64,000 nt of DNA from an uncultured Rhodospirillaceae bacterium (GTDB taxonomy: Bacteria > Pseudomonadota > Alphaproteobacteria > UBA2966). The stretch is taken from assembly GCA_964528595.1 (NCBI GenBank), contig CAZGTM010000009.1, forward strand, positions 2,363-66,362, in the 5' to 3' direction. Of the stretch, positions 1 to 8,199 are shown in pieces. The notes beneath the pieces were generated by a model that saw nothing but the letters and a program-made list of their open reading frames with translations, did not search any database and was not told where the DNA came from. How positions within the stretch are numbered: position 1 is the stretch's first letter; each line of letters opens with the position of its first letter. Made by a program: the position numbers and the translations under genes.

Positions 1-332
1 GGGTCTGGCAGGCCGAGCGCGAATTCCTGCAGGCGGCGGGCTTCGAGGTTCTGGCGATCGGCGGGCTGGAAAGGGAAGGCGGCGCCGACATCAACCGGCT
101 GGATGCCGATACCATCCGGGACCTGGTCCTCAGCTACGATCATCCCGAAGCCGAGGCAATGTTCGTCAGCTGCACTGATTTGCCGGTGCTCGGTCTGGCG
201 GCGGAATTGGAGGAAAAGCTGGGCAAACCGATGGTGACAAGCAATCAGGCGACGTATTGGGCGGTTTCGGCGGCCCTAGGGTTGGACCCTGTCGGCGGCT
301 TCGGCAAGCTTCTGGAGTTGTCAAATTCGTAG
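1..332 (+). CDS. Asp/Glu racemase superfamily protein, maleate isomerase/arylmalonate decarboxylase-like (C-terminal fragment, 5' end outside window)
   Basis: Open frame from the window edge (codon phase from nt 3) to TAG 330-332. The translation ..AMFVSCTDLPVLGLAAELEEKLGKPMVTSNQATYWAVSAALGL.. resembles the second Cys-containing half of maleate-isomerase-type enzymes. Absent from the ORF track because it has no in-window start. Confidence 0.6.
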   Translation, partial: VWQAEREFLQAAGFEVLAIGGLEREGGADINRLDADTIRDLVLSYDHPEAEAMFVSCTDLPVLGLAAELEEKLGKPMVTSNQATYWAVSAALGLDPVGGFGKLLELSNS

Positions 333-355
333 GCGTTTATGGTAGGATTCCGGTC

Positions 356-862
356 ATGAAAAATCTTTGGACTGCCTTGTTGGCCATCGGCCTTGCCTTC
401 GGCGTGGCGGCGCCTGCCTGGGCCGGCGACTTCGTCAAGGCGCGGGCGCTTTACCTCGATAAGGATTACGAAGAATCCTTCAAGGAGTGGATGATCCTGG
501 CCCAGGAAGGCGACCACCGGGGCCAGATGTTCGTCGGCCGGATGCTGATGAAGGGCCTGGGAGTTCAGAAAAACCTCAACGCGGCAATCCCCTGGTTCCT
601 GAAATCGGCCCGCCAGGGCAACGGCTATTCGATCGATCAGATGGGCGTGGCGCACGTCACGGGACGGGGCGCGCCGCAGGACATCGTCACGGGCAACATG
701 TATTTCAAGCTCGGCAACTTACGGGGCTTCAGCGTGCAAAACCGCCTGAAGACGGAGGAGCACATGACCCGCGCCCAGATCCTGCAGTCCCATATCAAGA
801 TGCAGCAGTTCATTAAGAAGTATAATTTCTCTATTCCCACGCTGAAAAAAAAGAAGAAGTGA
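356..862 (+). CDS. secreted Sel1-like (TPR family) repeat protein
   Basis: ATG 356 inside track ORF 257..862. Signal peptide MKNLWTALLAIGLAFGVAAPAWA. Sel1-type repeats (..ILAQEGDHRGQMFVGRMLMKGLGVQKNLNAAIPWFLKSARQGN..). C-terminal KKKKK. Confidence 0.75.
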   Translation: MKNLWTALLAIGLAFGVAAPAWAGDFVKARALYLDKDYEESFKEWMILAQEGDHRGQMFVGRMLMKGLGVQKNLNAAIPWFLKSARQGNGYSIDQMGVAHVTGRGAPQDIVTGNMYFKLGNLRGFSVQNRLKTEEHMTRAQILQSHIKMQQFIKKYNFSIPTLKKKKK

Positions 863-866
863 CCGT

Positions 867-1670
867 TTGGCGGAGCGCTTTCTAGACGCGGCAGGGGTCG
901 GACACGAGGTGGCCGGGCCGGCGGCGCGGGTGGTGTCGCTGGTGCCCAGCCTGACCGAGTTGATGTTTGATCTGGGGCTGGGCACGCACGTGGTGGGGCG
1001 CACGCACTACTGCGTTCACCCTGCGGACAAGCTCTCCGCCGTGCGCAGCGTCGGTGGCACCAAGAAGATCAACCTGGACCGCCTGGCGGAACTCGACGCC
1101 AGCCATGTGCTGGTCAACATCGATGAAAACCCCAAAGAACTGGCCGACGAAATCGCTGACCGCGGTTATCGCGTCGTGGTGACGCACCCCAATGCGCCGG
1201 CGGATAATCCGGGTCTCTATCGCTTGCTCGGCGGAATATTCGGGGCGGAAGCGGCGGCTGAAGACCTGGCGTGCCGGTTTGACGCGGCATTGGCGGCGCT
1301 GAAGGAAACCGCAACCGGGCTGCCGGTCCGCCGCGTGCTTTATCTGATCTGGAAAGACCCCTGGATGACGGTCAGCGCCGATACCTACATCGCGCGCATG
1401 CTCGAATTGGTGAACTGGCGCGTCGTCGGCAGCGATCCCGAGGTGCGCTATCCCGAAGTCGAGATGGCGGCGGTGTTGCCGCAAACCGACCTGGTGCTGC
1501 TGCCGTCGGAACCCTTTACCTTCGACGAGGCCGAACTGGGGCAGTTCCAGGCGGCCCATCCGAGCGTGCCGGCGATGCTGGTCGACGGCGAGATGACGTC
1601 GTGGTACGGCAGCCGCGCGATCGAAGCGCTGGGCTATCTAGGGGAACTGGCGCGGCAAACAACGCCGTGA
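867..1670 (+). CDS. BtuF/FhuD-class (helical backbone) binding-protein-fold protein, cobalamin/iron-chelate-binding-like, no signal peptide
   Basis: 267-aa ORF with TTG start 5 nt after the previous stop. RVVSLVPSLTELMFDLGLG..VVGRT is typical of the N-lobe of BtuF-type proteins. The N-terminal 22 aa are not hydrophobic. Confidence 0.65.
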   Translation: MAERFLDAAGVGHEVAGPAARVVSLVPSLTELMFDLGLGTHVVGRTHYCVHPADKLSAVRSVGGTKKINLDRLAELDASHVLVNIDENPKELADEIADRGYRVVVTHPNAPADNPGLYRLLGGIFGAEAAAEDLACRFDAALAALKETATGLPVRRVLYLIWKDPWMTVSADTYIARMLELVNWRVVGSDPEVRYPEVEMAAVLPQTDLVLLPSEPFTFDEAELGQFQAAHPSVPAMLVDGEMTSWYGSRAIEALGYLGELARQTTP

Positions 1671-1682
1671 CAGTCTCGGGCC

Positions 1683-2279
1683 ATGCTTGACGTCGAGAAC
1701 CTCAGCCGAAGCGGCATCGAACCCGCCAGTTTCACCGTCGCCGACGGGGAGTGCGTCGCCCTGCGCGGGCCGTCCGGAGCGGGAAAATCGTTGTTGATGC
1801 GGGCCATTGCCGATCTCGATCCGAGTTCCGGCCGGGTGTCGTTGGACGGGGACGAACGGTCCGCCATGAGCGCCCCAGCTTGGCGGCGGCAGGTCGCCTA
1901 TGTTCCGGCAGAACCGGGTTGGTGGAGCGATACCGTCGGCGATCATTTTTCCGACTGGGCGAAGGCTGAGGAACTCATTGCGGATCTGGGTTTGCCGCGG
2001 GAGGCGCGGGGCTGGCCCGTCGCCCGCGCCTCCACTGGTGAACGCCAGCGTCTGGCCCTGGCCCGGGCCCTGGCTCTGGACCCGCGGGTGCTGCTGCTGG
2101 ACGAACCGACATCCGGTCTCGATGCCGACGCCGGCGGCAGGGCGGAAGCCCTGATCGAGGAACGCCGGCGGGCAGGGGCCTCGGTGCTGTGGGTGACCCA
2201 TGATGGTGAGCAAGCGGCGCGCGTGGCCTCCCGGCTGCTAACCATTGAGGCGGGTCGTCTCGAGGCAGCGGGCCCATGA
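1683..2279 (+). CDS. fetA: ABC transporter ATP-binding protein, FetA/YbbL-like
   Basis: Walker A GPSGAGKS, signature STGERQR, Walker B LLLLDEPTSGLD. Short 198-aa single NBD. 4-nt overlap with the next gene. Confidence 0.8.
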   Translation: MLDVENLSRSGIEPASFTVADGECVALRGPSGAGKSLLMRAIADLDPSSGRVSLDGDERSAMSAPAWRRQVAYVPAEPGWWSDTVGDHFSDWAKAEELIADLGLPREARGWPVARASTGERQRLALARALALDPRVLLLDEPTSGLDADAGGRAEALIEERRRAGASVLWVTHDGEQAARVASRLLTIEAGRLEAAGP

Positions 2280-3079
2280 GTTACGTACGGCTCGAATATA
2301 TCGATATCGCGATTGCGGCGCTGCTGGTCCTGGGCAATGCAGGTCTTTCCGTTCTGTTGCAACTCGGTCTCGCCAGGCGCGTGCTGATCGCGGCGGCGCG
2401 CATGGTGATCCAGCTCCTCCTTGTGGGGCTGGTGCTTAAAGTCCTGTTCGCCCTGACTTCGCCCTTGTGGACCGGCGTGGCCGCACTGGCCATGGTGTTG
2501 TTTGCCGGGCGGGAGATCATGGCCCGGCAGGAGCGCCGGCTCAGCGGCGTTTGGGCCTACGGTCTGGGTACCTCCTGCATGCTGCTGGCGGCGAGCATCG
2601 TCACGGTCTTCGCGCTCAGCGTGCCGGTGCAGCCCGACCCTTGGTACAACCCGCGCTACGCGTTACCGCTTTTGGGCATGATCCTCGGCAACACGATGAC
2701 CGGCATCAGCCTCGGCTTGCACAGCCTGACCACCGGACTGGTGCGCGAACGCACCGGTGTGGAGGCGCAACTGGCATTGGGGGCGACCCGCTTCGAGGCC
2801 GTCCGGCCGGTCTCCCGCGCCGCCCTGACGGCCGCTTTAATGCCGATCGTCAATGCGATGGCCGCGACGGGCCTGGTTTCGCTGCCGGGTATGATGACCG
2901 GTCAGATCCTGGCCGGCGTCGAGCCCGTCGAGGCCGCCAAATACCAGATCCTGATTATGTTCCTGATTGCCGGCGGCACGACGCTGGGTGCGGTGACGGC
3001 GGTGATGGGCGGGGTTTGGCGTCTGACTGACGAACGCCACCGACTGCGGCTGGACAGGTTGCACTCGGGCAAAAGCTGA
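2276..3079 (+). CDS. fetB: ABC transporter permease, FetB/YbbM (UPF0014) family
   Basis: 267-aa polytopic membrane protein, translationally coupled to the YbbL-like ATPase. Size, hydrophobic pattern and pairing fit the YbbL/YbbM putative iron exporter. Confidence 0.7.
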   Translation: MSYVRLEYIDIAIAALLVLGNAGLSVLLQLGLARRVLIAAARMVIQLLLVGLVLKVLFALTSPLWTGVAALAMVLFAGREIMARQERRLSGVWAYGLGTSCMLLAASIVTVFALSVPVQPDPWYNPRYALPLLGMILGNTMTGISLGLHSLTTGLVRERTGVEAQLALGATRFEAVRPVSRAALTAALMPIVNAMAATGLVSLPGMMTGQILAGVEPVEAAKYQILIMFLIAGGTTLGAVTAVMGGVWRLTDERHRLRLDRLHSGKS

Positions 3080-3169
3080 CCATATGAACTTTGCGTGAGG
3101 CCGCGTTGCTCAGGCGCTGCCGCCTCTCTAAACTTCTCGTTTCTTGTTTCTGCCGGAAGGTTTCCCGCG

Positions 3170-3868
3170 ATGATCGATCTCTACACCTGGCCCACGCCCA
3201 ATGGCCACAAGGTCCACATCATGCTCGAGGAGACGGCTCTAGAGTATAACGTCCACGCCATCGACATCGGCGCCGGCGACCAGTTCGATCCCGAATTCCT
3301 GAAGATCAGCCCCAACAACAAGATGCCGGCCATTATCGACCGGGACGGTCCTGGCGGTGCGCCATTCAGCATGTTCGAATCGGGCGCCATCCTGATCTAC
3401 CTGGCGGAAAAGACCGGCCGGTTCCTCTCTCCCGATCCGGAGATGCGCTACACCACGCTGTGCTGGATCATGTTCCAGATGGGCGGCGTCGGGCCGATGT
3501 TCGGCCAGGCCCACCATTTCCGCATATACGCGCCGGAGAAGATCGAGTACGCCGTCAACCGCTACACCAACGAAACGGCCCGGCTCTATGGCGTAATGGA
3601 CAGGCGCTTGGGCGAGAGCAGGTATCTCGCCGGCGATGACTACACCATCGCCGACATAGCTTCCTTCCCCTGGACCATCAGCCACGAACGCCAGGGCGTC
3701 GATCTCGCCGACTATCCGAATTTCAAGCGTTGGTTCGACGAAATCCGCGCCCGCCCGGCGGTTGAGCGCGGCCTGCAGGTGCTGGCCGAACGCCGCAAGG
3801 ACCCGGCGAAACTGGATGCCAAAGCCAAGGATCTGTTGTTCGGCAAGGGCCAGTACGAACGTCGCTGA
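3170..3868 (+). CDS. yfcG: glutathione S-transferase, YfcG-like (disulfide-bond oxidoreductase type)
   Basis: ATG 3170 inside track ORF 3095..3868. MIDLYTWPTPNGHKVHIMLEE..ISPNNKMPAIID..FESGAILIYLAEKTG..GGVGPMFGQAHHF aligns along its length with my recollection of E. coli YfcG. Confidence 0.85.
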   Translation: MIDLYTWPTPNGHKVHIMLEETALEYNVHAIDIGAGDQFDPEFLKISPNNKMPAIIDRDGPGGAPFSMFESGAILIYLAEKTGRFLSPDPEMRYTTLCWIMFQMGGVGPMFGQAHHFRIYAPEKIEYAVNRYTNETARLYGVMDRRLGESRYLAGDDYTIADIASFPWTISHERQGVDLADYPNFKRWFDEIRARPAVERGLQVLAERRKDPAKLDAKAKDLLFGKGQYERR

Positions 3869-3895
3869 TCTCTACTCCAAAAGAAGGAATTCATC

Positions 3896-4516
3896 GTGAT
3901 CGATCTCTACACATTCGGCACGCCCAATGGGCAAAAGGCCTCCATCATGCTGGAGGAAACGGGTCTGCCCTATCAGGTGTTCCCGGTCGACATCATCAAA
4001 GACGAGCAATTTCACCCGGACTACGTCGAGATCAGCCCCTGGAGTAAGATCCCGGTTATCGTCGATCACGAACCGGCCGGCGGCGGTGAGCCATACAATG
4101 TCTTCGAATCCGGCGCAATCCTGATGTACCTGGCGGAAAAAACCGACCTCTTGATGCCCCAGGAGTTGCGCGCGCGCTACGACGTCGTGAAATGGCTGAT
4201 GCTCCAGATCGGCGGCGTCGGGCCGTTGTTCGGCCAACTCGGTCACTTCGAGAAGTTCGCCAAGGAGGACATCCCTTACGCCAAGCGGCGTTACCGGACC
4301 GAGGTCGAGCGCATCATGGACGTTCTGAACGACCGCCTCGAAGTCAGCGCCTACCTGGCGTCTGACGACTATTCAATCGCCGATGTGGCGACCTTTCCCT
4401 GGGTCAAGGGTCTGGGCATGATCGATTTCGACATGGCGGAGTTCGGCCATGTCAGCCGCTGGATGGATGACGTCTGGTCGCGCCCCGCCGTGCAGAAAGG
4501 CTGCGAAGTACCATGA
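3896..4516 (+). CDS. yfcG: glutathione S-transferase, YfcG-like (tandem paralogue)
   Basis: GTG start. MIDLYTFGTPNGQKASIMLEE..FESGAILMYLAEKT..GGVGPLFGQLGHF. About half of positions are identical to the upstream GST by eye. Confidence 0.85.
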   Translation: MIDLYTFGTPNGQKASIMLEETGLPYQVFPVDIIKDEQFHPDYVEISPWSKIPVIVDHEPAGGGEPYNVFESGAILMYLAEKTDLLMPQELRARYDVVKWLMLQIGGVGPLFGQLGHFEKFAKEDIPYAKRRYRTEVERIMDVLNDRLEVSAYLASDDYSIADVATFPWVKGLGMIDFDMAEFGHVSRWMDDVWSRPAVQKGCEVP

Positions 4517-5010
4517 GCGAAGATCTGCTGACGCGACCGGCGGTTAAGCGCGTTGCCGCGATCCTGGCTGAGGCGGGTAGCGGGTCGGAAGTCATCGCGC
4601 TCGAGGAGACGGCAAGGACGGCGGAGGATGCGGCCAGCAGCCTGGGTTGCCCGCTGGGCGCCATCGTGAAGTCGCTGGTGTTCACGGTCGGCGGCCAACC
4701 GGTCATGGCGCTGGTCGCCGGCGACCGGCGCTGCGATACCAAGGTTTTGGCCGGCGCCCTGGGCCTGGAAGGCAAGGCCAAGCGGGCTGACGCCGACATC
4801 GTTCGCGAGGCCACCGGATACTCCATCGGCGGGGTGGCGCCGGTCGGGCATCCGCAGTCGCTGCCGATCGTCATTGATGCCAGCCTTGCCCGGTTTGAAC
4901 GGGTTTTTGCCGCGGCCGGCCATCCGCACTGCGTGTTCGGCACATCGGTTGAGACGCTGGCCGCTATGACGGGCGCGGCGCTCGATGGCTCGGTGGGTCT
5001 CGAAGGTTAG
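4513..5010 (+). CDS. YbaK/ProX-type aminoacyl-tRNA deacylase domain protein
   Basis: 165 aa with ATGA overlap with the GST. ..GAIVKSLVF..PVMALVAGDRRCD.KVL...G.........D.V...TGYSIGGVAPVGH.. is typical of the YbaK/EbsC editing domain. Confidence 0.75.
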   Translation: MSEDLLTRPAVKRVAAILAEAGSGSEVIALEETARTAEDAASSLGCPLGAIVKSLVFTVGGQPVMALVAGDRRCDTKVLAGALGLEGKAKRADADIVREATGYSIGGVAPVGHPQSLPIVIDASLARFERVFAAAGHPHCVFGTSVETLAAMTGAALDGSVGLEG

Positions 5011-6776
5011 CTGAAGGCGCTGAGCGGCGGCACGTAAAGGCGTTCCGGGGTGAAGGTGACGGTCACGGTCGTACCCTCGCCGAACGTGCTTTCGAGGATC
5101 AGCTCGCCGCCGTGAAGTTCGGTCATGGCTTTGGCCAGCGGCAGGCCAAGCCCGGTGCCATCGAATTCCCGAGCCATGCCTTCGTCAATCTGTTCGAATT
5201 TGGCCAGCGCCTTGGGAATGTCGTTTTCGTGGATGCCGATACCGGTATCCTTCACGAAAATCTCGGCTCCATGCTCCGCCACGTGGCTGCCGATCACGAT
5301 ACGCCCGCCATCCAGCGTGAATTTAACGGCGTTGCTGATCAGATTGATCAGGATTTGCTTGATCATGCGTCGGTCGGCGACTAGGTCGGGCGTTTCCGCT
5401 GGAATCTGAACTTCAAGCCGGAGACGTTTGGCGTCGACCGTTTCCTTGACGAACGCGATGGCGCTCTCGACCAACGGCAGGATCTCGATCCGTTCGTTGA
5501 TGACTTCGCCTTTGCCCGCTTCGATCTTTGAAATATCGAGAACGTCGTTGATCAATTCCAGCAAGTGATCGCCGGAGCGGTGGATATCCCTGACGTACTC
5601 GGTCTGTTTGCTGTTCATCTTGCCGGGAATGCCGGCGTCCAGCACCTCCGAGAACCCGATAATGGCGTTGAGCGGGGTGCGCAACTCATGGCTCATGTTG
5701 GCGAGGAAGTCGGATTTGGCGGTGTTCGCCATCTCGGCGGTGTCTTTTGCCTGGCGCAGTTCCATTTCCAAGTTCTTGGCCTCGGTGACGTCGGTGAGCA
5801 AGGTGAACATGCCTCTGACCTCGCCGTGCTCGTCGAAATCCGGTACGAACTCGACGTGAGCGTATATCTCCCCGGCACCGGGAAAATTTCGAATTGCTTC
5901 GAAGCTGGCGTTCACTCCCGATTGGGCCTGTTGGAATATGGGTCGGAATTTTTCGTAGGCTTCCTTGCCGATGACATCGATGACGTGCATTCCGATGGCG
6001 GTCTGGCGATCGAGGGCGAACAAGTCCTCGAACACCTTGTTGACGTAGAGGTAGCGTTCATCGGTGTCGATGTAGGTCACCGCGGCCGGCAGCGAATCCG
6101 TGATCAGGCGCAGTTGCTCCTCGTTTTTCCGTAAATGGAGGCTCTTTTCCGACGACAGGGCGATGAAATTCTCGCTCTCCCTCTGATATTTGATCGAACG
6201 GAGGACAAACCTGTTGTGCGTGCGGGATACGCCGAACAAAAAGATCATGTAAACGCCGGCCAGCAGACCCAGGCTATCCGGAAACGTCGGGTCAAGAATG
6301 AACCGGGCTGCCAGTAAGCCCAGCATCACCAGCGTAAATCCGAAAGCCGCCGGCAGATAAGGCGCCAGCGTTACGGCGCCGCCCGACGCGATTGCCAGCA
6401 CCACGATGATCATCATGAGCTGCAGCGCCGTATCGGAGCTTGGGAAAACGACCAGCACCGATCCGCCGAGGGTGGCGGTGTGCAGGATCAGTAGGATGAA
6501 ATAGGCGGTCAGCCAGCCGCGATATTCGTCACCGGATCTATAACTCTTTTCAAAATGGAGGGCGAAAAGGAGGCGGGCCATGGAGGCCAAAACCGTCGCC
6601 GCGGTCCAGGCATACAGGGTGGTGGTCGGAACATGTCCGAGAAGGATGTAGAAAAAGATGGCCGCCACGGCAAGTGCGGCAAAAACCACAAACCGCGCCG
6701 ACCCGAACAGCAACCGCACTTGCTGTTCGTCAGCAGCAAACGATCTTATGAACCAGTCACCAACACGAAAATTCAA
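5007..6776 (-). CDS. membrane sensor histidine kinase (multi-TM N-domain, PAS, HisKA, HATPase_c)
   Basis: 589 aa. About six N-terminal hydrophobic helices, a PAS-like segment (..LRLITDSLPAAVTYIDTDERYLYVNK..), H-box MSHELRTPLNAIIGFSE, and ATPase boxes ISNAVKFT, DTGIGI, GTGLGL. No adjacent response regulator. Confidence 0.9.
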   Translation of the reverse strand: MNFRVGDWFIRSFAADEQQVRLLFGSARFVVFAALAVAAIFFYILLGHVPTTTLYAWTAATVLASMARLLFALHFEKSYRSGDEYRGWLTAYFILLILHTATLGGSVLVVFPSSDTALQLMMIIVVLAIASGGAVTLAPYLPAAFGFTLVMLGLLAARFILDPTFPDSLGLLAGVYMIFLFGVSRTHNRFVLRSIKYQRESENFIALSSEKSLHLRKNEEQLRLITDSLPAAVTYIDTDERYLYVNKVFEDLFALDRQTAIGMHVIDVIGKEAYEKFRPIFQQAQSGVNASFEAIRNFPGAGEIYAHVEFVPDFDEHGEVRGMFTLLTDVTEAKNLEMELRQAKDTAEMANTAKSDFLANMSHELRTPLNAIIGFSEVLDAGIPGKMNSKQTEYVRDIHRSGDHLLELINDVLDISKIEAGKGEVINERIEILPLVESAIAFVKETVDAKRLRLEVQIPAETPDLVADRRMIKQILINLISNAVKFTLDGGRIVIGSHVAEHGAEIFVKDTGIGIHENDIPKALAKFEQIDEGMAREFDGTGLGLPLAKAMTELHGGELILESTFGEGTTVTVTFTPERLYVPPLSAFS

Positions 6777-6841
6777 CGGCTACCCCCAAATCAGATGAGC
6801 ACGACAGGTATTAGCCGGTCCCCCCGCTATTTTCCAGAAAC

Positions 6842-7135
6842 TTAAACTGTGGGTCCCAATTTTGCGTTTTTGGTCACCGATTCCCAGGCTTCGCCGGTGG
6901 CGACGACACAGGATACGCCGTTGGGCTGCGTCACGAGGATCGTCCAGGTGCCGGACTGCGAGGCGAAGACCTCGACCACGGAACCGTTGTTGACCAGGCC
7001 CATGCCGGTCGTTGATTCCTTGTAGTCCGAATCCAGCTTGCTCACGACGTCGGTGCGCTGACCGCAAACCTGTTGAGCGTTGGCGCCGGTCGACATCAAA
7101 GCGACAAGGCTACCTGCTAAGACATACTTCAACAT
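6842..7135 (-). CDS. small secreted two-cysteine protein, unknown function (paralogue 1)
   Basis: 97 aa with signal peptide MLKYVLAGSLVALMSTGANA. Mature core VCGQR..GLVNNGSVVEVFASQSGTWTILVTQPNGVSCVVATGEAWESV. Paralogous to 7431..7736. Confidence 0.75.
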   Translation of the reverse strand: MLKYVLAGSLVALMSTGANAQQVCGQRTDVVSKLDSDYKESTTGMGLVNNGSVVEVFASQSGTWTILVTQPNGVSCVVATGEAWESVTKNAKLGPTV

Positions 7136-7430
7136 GACGTTTCTCCTGTTCGCGGCAAATCCGAACTTTGGGGGATATCTTGGGTGTTCGGGTCCGCCTG
7201 GTGCTGAAGGCTTCCTTCAACGCTGTCAGTTGACCACGGCGATGTATCGGGGATGTGTCGGAATCGCGGTAATTGGTTTCAAAACCGCAGGAAATTGTAT
7301 CTGGACTGTATCGATTTTGGCTGTACATGCGCAACAATATGCGCAGAGCCCGACCTAGCGCGTCCCGTGAAACGTGCTAAGTCAGCCTGAAACCATTGAT
7401 TATGGCTATCCGTTGGTCTTATCGGTCGAT

Positions 7431-7736
7431 TTAGGCGCTGGGATCACTCACCAATTGGTGGGGAACAGCTTCCCAGGCCTCGCCGGTCGCGACGACACAG
7501 GAGATGCCATTGGGCTTGGTGACGAGAATCGTCCAAGAACCTTCTTTCGACGCAAGAATCTCCAAAACACTGCCGTTGTTGACGAGGCCGAGCGCCACGG
7601 TATTTTCCGAGTAATTGCCAGAGAGCTGATCGACGAACTTTGCTCGTTCGCTGCAAACCGCTTGCGCAGCGGCGGGTAAGGCGCCCAAGAACGCCGTGGT
7701 GATCAGAGCGGTGGCTACCGTCAATATCCGTAACAT
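7431..7736 (-). CDS. small secreted two-cysteine protein, unknown function (paralogue 2)
   Basis: 101 aa with signal peptide MLRILTVATALITTAFLGALPAAAQA. Core VCSER..GLVNNGSVLEILASKEGSWTILVTKPNGISCVVATGEAWEAV. By hand alignment, 41 of 65 core residues are identical to 6842..7135. Confidence 0.75.
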   Translation of the reverse strand: MLRILTVATALITTAFLGALPAAAQAVCSERAKFVDQLSGNYSENTVALGLVNNGSVLEILASKEGSWTILVTKPNGISCVVATGEAWEAVPHQLVSDPSA

Positions 7737-8003
7737 TGCTCACCTCCTGGACCTGTTGGTCCGAAATTGCCTTGTAAAAGGCGGTACGCTTAAAAACTGG
7801 CAATTACCGTGCCAGGTACTAAAAACCGATTCTATTTCCACTCTACATTTATTACCAAACAGTAAATTTTATGAATAATTTTACCAATTGTTTATATATT
7901 ACCTCCTTCTAGTGTATTTACTTAAGAACTCTTTCCATTATTTTCCAGTCTTTTTCAAAATATTGTGAGTACGCTTGACCGGTTGTTTGTTGGGTTCCGC
8001 CCA

Positions 8004-8032
8004 TTGACGAAACACCGGTGCATGGGTACATA
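8004..8032 (+). promoter_or_regulatory. candidate sigma70-type promoter for tRNA-Ser
   Basis: TTGACG (8004-8009), 17-nt spacer, TACATA (8027-8032), about 40 nt upstream of the mature tRNA 5' end. Based on pattern only. Confidence 0.3.
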
Positions 8033-8072
8033 GGGCAAATGCTGCCGGGTTGAGCGATCGGCCCGGCGTTGC

Positions 8073-8162
8073 GGAGGGTTGGCCGAGTGGCTGAAGGCGC
8101 TCCCCTGCTAAGGGAGTAAGGGTTAACGCCCTTCGAGGGTTCGAATCCCTCACCCTCCGCCA
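8073..8162 (+). tRNA. tRNA-Ser (anticodon GCT), CCA encoded
   Basis: Hand-folded cloverleaf. Acceptor GGAGGGT/ACCCTCC. D arm GCC-GAGTGGCTGAA-GGC. Anticodon stem CTCCC/GGGAG with loop CTGCTAA. Long variable arm TAAGGGTTAACGCCCTTC (class II). T arm GAGGG-TTCGAAT-CCCTC. Discriminator G followed by CCA. Confidence 0.93.
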
Positions 8163-8165
8163 TTT
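8149..8165 (+). repeat. attL-like core: 3' end of tRNA-Ser (direct repeat copy 1)
   Basis: CTCACCCTCCGCCATTT, identical to 16204-16220 in the same orientation. Confidence 0.8.
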
Positions 8166-8199
8166 TCATTATCTTCCGGCGCCAATCCTCACTTCGTGG

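Noticed and set aside
843-862. A8-containing purine run encoding the KKKKK tail of the Sel1-like protein, considered as a slipped-strand phase-variation site
   Set aside because: It lies in the last few codons before the stop, so length changes would barely alter the protein. There is no evidence of variation from a single sequence.
7918-8169. 83-aa minus-strand ORF overlapping the tRNA
   Set aside because: It is the reverse complement of tRNA-Ser plus the AT-rich spacer. The tRNA fold is complete and convincing.
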